From positions 1 through 10,095 of the forward strand of contig JAJRWI010000030.1 of NCBI GenBank assembly GCA_024276825.1: a stretch of DNA of 10,095 nt, given 5' to 3'. The stretch comes from an archaeon (GTDB taxonomy: Archaea > Asgardarchaeota > Thorarchaeia > Thorarchaeales > Thorarchaeaceae). Numbering within the stretch: the stretch's first letter is position 1; each line of letters starts with the position of its first letter. Made by a program: the position numbers and the translations under genes. The notes under the pieces were generated by a model, which had not been told where the DNA came from, made no database searches, and saw only the letters and a list, made by a program, of their open reading frames with translations. This document shows, in pieces, positions 7,384-10,095 of this stretch.

Positions 7384-7830
7384 GTGAGGTCAGAAAACAC
7401 TAGATCAAACAGACTGACTCATGAAAGGAATCAGTATCTCTTGTTGTAGTGTGGACATAATCCTATTGACGGATTGCGCGTTGATGCGCAGTTCTTGGAA
7501 AAAGTTGGATACCAATCAAAAGAACGTCTAAGAGAGATACTATGAAATTGTGAGAGGCTTGAATAGTCTTATCTGAAACAATTGTCTGAAATGCGCCCAT
7601 TGCCATCCGTGCGCGGACAGGACTATTGTGTCCAATTTACAATGAACGGTTTCTATGGCGCGACAAGGAGATCAAAAGGGCAAATGCCATTCCATTTTAT
7701 AATAGGCCATTCCACATGTCATTGGTGCCATATTAGGAAGAAAGAGTCCTTTGAGAATGAAGTTGCCCTATCTATGAATGAAATCTTCATTAACATCAAG
7801 GTGGATCGCAAAGAGTGGAAACCTGTATGA
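7384..7830 (+). pseudogene. Degraded N-terminal remnant of a YyaL/DUF255 (SSP411-like) thioredoxin-domain protein
   Basis: GTG at 7384 after SD-like GAGGAG gives MRSENTRSNRLTHERNQYLLL*CGHNPID (family pattern NRL..E.SPYLLQHA.NPVDW; TAG at 7447). It resumes downstream as [11 protein letters not shown]...[21 protein letters not shown] (family pattern SIGYSTCHWCHVM..ESFED..VA..LN..F..IKVDREERP) and stops at 7830, whereas intact members are roughly 650-700 aa. Confidence 0.8.
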
Positions 7831-7946
7831 AGAGTGCAAGTTTCACACAGATGATTTCGAAGCAATTATCAGGAGTATAGAGTAATTAATTCATAGATTC
7901 TTCTATTCAAATAATAAGGCAAACAAAATACAATAAATTCGTGCTT

Positions 7947-7961
7947 CGGAAACTTTAAAGG
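7947..7961 (+). promoter_or_regulatory. Putative BRE-TATA promoter for the three-TM protein gene
   Basis: CGGAAAC-TTTAAAGG. The predicted start of transcription near 7985 lies upstream of SD-like AAGGAG (7993-7998) and the ATG at 8008. Confidence 0.5.
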
Positions 7962-8007
7962 TCGAATGAACTGGAATGACATTAACCTCCAGAAGGAGCT
8001 TCGGACA

Positions 8008-8397
8008 ATGTACTTTGAGATAGCATTAGTAATTTGGGCTATTGTTGTAATAGTCTTCGTCATATTCTGGATTGTACAAGAAGGGTCACATTGGCAAAAA
8101 CACCCCGTACTGGGAGTGTTTGCCAGAATAATTCAGGCATCTCCAGGAAGAGCCTTTGGAATATTTTTATTCATGACACTATTGATGATTCCTACAACTT
8201 TGGGCATGTTGGAAGGTTACTGGATTGACGCTATTAATTCAGGAAATCCCCCAACCACAACAGTCCCTGTTGTAAACTCTCTACTCATACTGATTCTACT
8301 GCTAGCTGGATCAATCCCCGTTATGTGGGGCAGCTTTAGAACTTGGAGACAGGCTGTGCGAAGTGCAGCAGAAGTCAGAGTTCGAACAATAGAGTAA
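8008..8397 (+). CDS. Hypothetical small integral membrane protein (~3 TM helices); ORF track start 7966, ATG 8008 preferred
   Basis: Three hydrophobic stretches (IALVIWAIVVIVFVIFWIV; FGIFLFMTLLMIPTTLGML; VVNSLLILILLLAGSIPVMW) and a basic C-terminal tail. AAGGAG lies 9 nt before ATG 8008. Confidence 0.8.
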   Translation: MYFEIALVIWAIVVIVFVIFWIVQEGSHWQKHPVLGVFARIIQASPGRAFGIFLFMTLLMIPTTLGMLEGYWIDAINSGNPPTTTVPVVNSLLILILLLAGSIPVMWGSFRTWRQAVRSAAEVRVRTIE

Positions 8398-8404
8398 TTT
8401 CTCT

Positions 8405-8434
8405 TGATGGCGGGTTCAGCCCGCCAATCATTTT
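8405..8434 (+). terminator. GC-rich stem-loop followed by T4 (intrinsic-terminator-like)
   Basis: TGGCGGG (8408-8414), loop TTCAG, CCCGCCA (8420-8426), extendable by TGA/TCA around a bulged A, then TTTT (8431-8434). It begins 7 nt after the stop at 8397. Confidence 0.55.
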
Positions 8435-8453
8435 CAGTGAGGAATTGTGACCC

Positions 8454-9371
8454 TTGAGGTTCCAGAAAATACGAGATGACGAAGATATCTATGTTGCCAT
8501 TGGCGGACCATTTCCCCTGTGTAACACCATTGTGATTTTTTCTGATGAGATCGCAGTCATTGACCCGGGCTGCAGGATGGAGAACTTGAGAGCTCTTCTG
8601 CGTGAGTTTGAGAGTGACCTTAAAGACATCGATGTAGTATTTCTCAGTCATATACATCCGGACCACATCACTCATGCTACAAGAATCAATCGTTTGTCAA
8701 GATGCAGAATAGTTGCAAACGAGATCACTGCACCGCTGTTCAATGATAAAGAGCGAATGAAAAGATTTCTTGGGTTTCACACTGCCCATCCTGTCCGGGT
8801 TCATTGGGAACGGCTTGTGAATAGCGCTATGTATGGAGCACTGGATGAGGGACAAATTGACGATGTTGTGAGTGACAATGAGAGATATACTGTAGGAAGA
8901 TACGAGTTACGAATGATGATGACCCCAGGGCATCTGCCAGACCATATGTGTATCGAGTTTGTCAATGAGAGGTTCTTGTTTGCAGCAGATATCGATTGTA
9001 CCGAGTTCGGTCCTTTTTATGGTCATCCCAACTCTTCCATAAATCAATTCAAAGAATCCATAGATAGAATCATTGATAGCGAATATGAATTCATCATTAG
9101 TAGTCATTTGTGGGATCCTATTGTGAATAATTACAAGAGTGCTCTCGAGTCCTATAAGAAACAGTTCGATATCAGAGAAGACCTGATATATATGTCAATA
9201 ATAGATGGAGCAGACTCAGTAGAGAAGATCATTGAAATGCCTATTATATATACAAACACATCAGATATTGTTTATCTTCAATTTGAAAAATGGATGATTC
9301 AACATCACATTAGATCCCTAGAACAAAAGGGGCTTATAATCAGTAAGAGAGGCAAAATAAGGGCCCGATAA
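8454..9371 (+). CDS. MBL-fold metallo-hydrolase (glyoxalase II/LACTB2-like) with probable C-terminal helical or winged-helix domain
   Basis: Motifs VIDPG, SHIHPDH (HxHxDH), TPGHLPDH, FAADID and SSH. TTG start with GTGAGG upstream. The C-terminus HHIRSLEQKGLI resembles a wHTH end. Confidence 0.9.
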   Translation: MRFQKIRDDEDIYVAIGGPFPLCNTIVIFSDEIAVIDPGCRMENLRALLREFESDLKDIDVVFLSHIHPDHITHATRINRLSRCRIVANEITAPLFNDKERMKRFLGFHTAHPVRVHWERLVNSAMYGALDEGQIDDVVSDNERYTVGRYELRMMMTPGHLPDHMCIEFVNERFLFAADIDCTEFGPFYGHPNSSINQFKESIDRIIDSEYEFIISSHLWDPIVNNYKSALESYKKQFDIREDLIYMSIIDGADSVEKIIEMPIIYTNTSDIVYLQFEKWMIQHHIRSLEQKGLIISKRGKIRAR

Positions 9372-9380
9372 TCTGTTATA

Positions 9381-9408
9381 GAATGATTCATTCACATAGA
9401 TTCATTCA
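9381..9408. repeat. Overlapping inverted and direct repeat (GAATGA-T-TCATTC; GATTCATTCA x2)
   Basis: Palindrome at 9381-9393; exact 10-bp direct repeat at 9385-9394 and 9399-9408. Confidence 0.6.
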
Positions 9409-9650
9409 AAATGGTCTTGTATAAACTTGTCAAGGTGCAGTATCGGAATTATAGATAAACGAGAAATTCAATTTCATAAGGTTTCTTGCAAATTCGAAGA
9501 TTTCGCCGTACAGTTATTGGACAAAGGTACACCCTGATAATGAACTTCAGCCGCACACAGTCCACATGATACCTAAAATTCAGCGTGTTCCATTACGCTT
9601 ATTTTGGTCGTTCGGGCGACTCATAATAACATCAGACGGAGTACGAACAA

Positions 9651-10095
9651 ATGCCATCACACAGGCGTAAGTTGATTCTTATCTCATTTATCGTTATGGT
9701 TGGACTACTGGTACAGTCCGTTGCCACAGTTGGAAACACCACAACATCTGACAAGTTTACAAATGCTCAGGACAATCAGTTTGAGATATATATGGGAGGG
9801 ACACTTGATAGAGTTCGTGTTATCAAGTATAATTCGCTTCAAGATGCCTTGCAGGCCATAAACAACGGCGATGCAGATATGCTGGGAAATCCAGTCCCTG
9901 TTGATAACTACACAGATATTGACTCATATGGAAACCTAAAGAAAATGTGGGCGTACGATACAGGAGCTTACCTACTTGCCATTAACGCATTTTCGTATCC
10001 ACTAAACGACTATCATTTAAGAAGGGCAATAGCCTATGGTATTAACAAGACAGACATTGCTAATGGCGTTTTTGAATCATATGTAGAACCAATAG
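9651..10095 (+). CDS. ABC transporter substrate-binding protein, family 5 (OppA/DppA-like), 5' part; continues beyond the right edge
   Basis: Manual translation from ATG 9651: MPSHRRKLILISFIVMVGLLVQSVA (signal or anchor)...GGTLDRVRVIKYNSLQDALQAINNGDADML...LAINAFSYPLNDYHLRRAIAYGINKTDIANGVF. The segments A...G..D and N....P..D..LRRAIA..I.K..I...VF are family-5 SBP patterns. GGAG upstream; the frame is open to the edge. Confidence 0.85.
   Translation, partial: MPSHRRKLILISFIVMVGLLVQSVATVGNTTTSDKFTNAQDNQFEIYMGGTLDRVRVIKYNSLQDALQAINNGDADMLGNPVPVDNYTDIDSYGNLKKMWAYDTGAYLLAINAFSYPLNDYHLRRAIAYGINKTDIANGVFESYVEPI

Noticed and set aside
7447-7449. In-frame TAG as a pyrrolysine or readthrough codon
   Set aside because: The surrounding gene has an insertion, other lesions and a large truncation; a CAG-to-TAG nonsense change is the simpler explanation.
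7582-7830. 82-aa ORF as an intact small thioredoxin
   Set aside because: Its first ~22 codons come from the inserted segment, it covers only part of the fold, and the true N-terminal homology lies upstream at 7384-7470.
8405-8434. Hairpin as a SECIS element
   Set aside because: The flanking genes have no in-frame TGA, and the hairpin lacks both the archaeal GAA/A and the eukaryote-like AUGA/GA core.
7869-9107. ORFs 7869-8063 (-), 8034-8228 (+), 8217-8675 (-) and 8907-9107 (-)
   Set aside because: They overlap better-supported genes and carry no recognisable motifs.
9381-9408. Repeat as a CRISPR remnant
   Set aside because: Only two 10-bp copies 4 nt apart; no spacers and no cas genes.
9540-9569. 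Nine-codon ORF (MNFSRTQST) as a leader peptide
   Set aside because: No SD, no biased codon run and no attenuator structure; expected by chance.

Overview
Archaeal chromosomal window; gene content and promoter style suggest an Asgard archaeon, possibly Thorarchaeia (inference only). Positions 1-6456 carry a tightly packed minus-strand de novo purine operon in the order purN, purF, purP, a second purP-like gene, a fused purC-purS, purQ and purL (purL runs off the left edge and is missing from the ORF track). A BRE/TATA element lies about 23-30 nt upstream of the purN ATG, implying a leaderless first gene. The right part is accessory: a two-TM membrane protein (-), a degraded yyaL/DUF255 thioredoxin-domain remnant interrupted by a ~177-bp segment, a three-TM membrane protein followed by a GC hairpin and T4, an MBL-fold hydrolase, and the 5' part of a family-5 ABC substrate-binding protein with an apparently rearranged domain order. 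I found no rRNA, tRNA, CRISPR array or transposase, and no clearly new multi-gene system. The most notable items are the PurC-PurS fusion, the pairing of folate-dependent PurN with two PurP paralogs, the interrupted yyaL remnant and the rearranged binding protein. Comparisons to family consensus motifs are from memory, not from searches.
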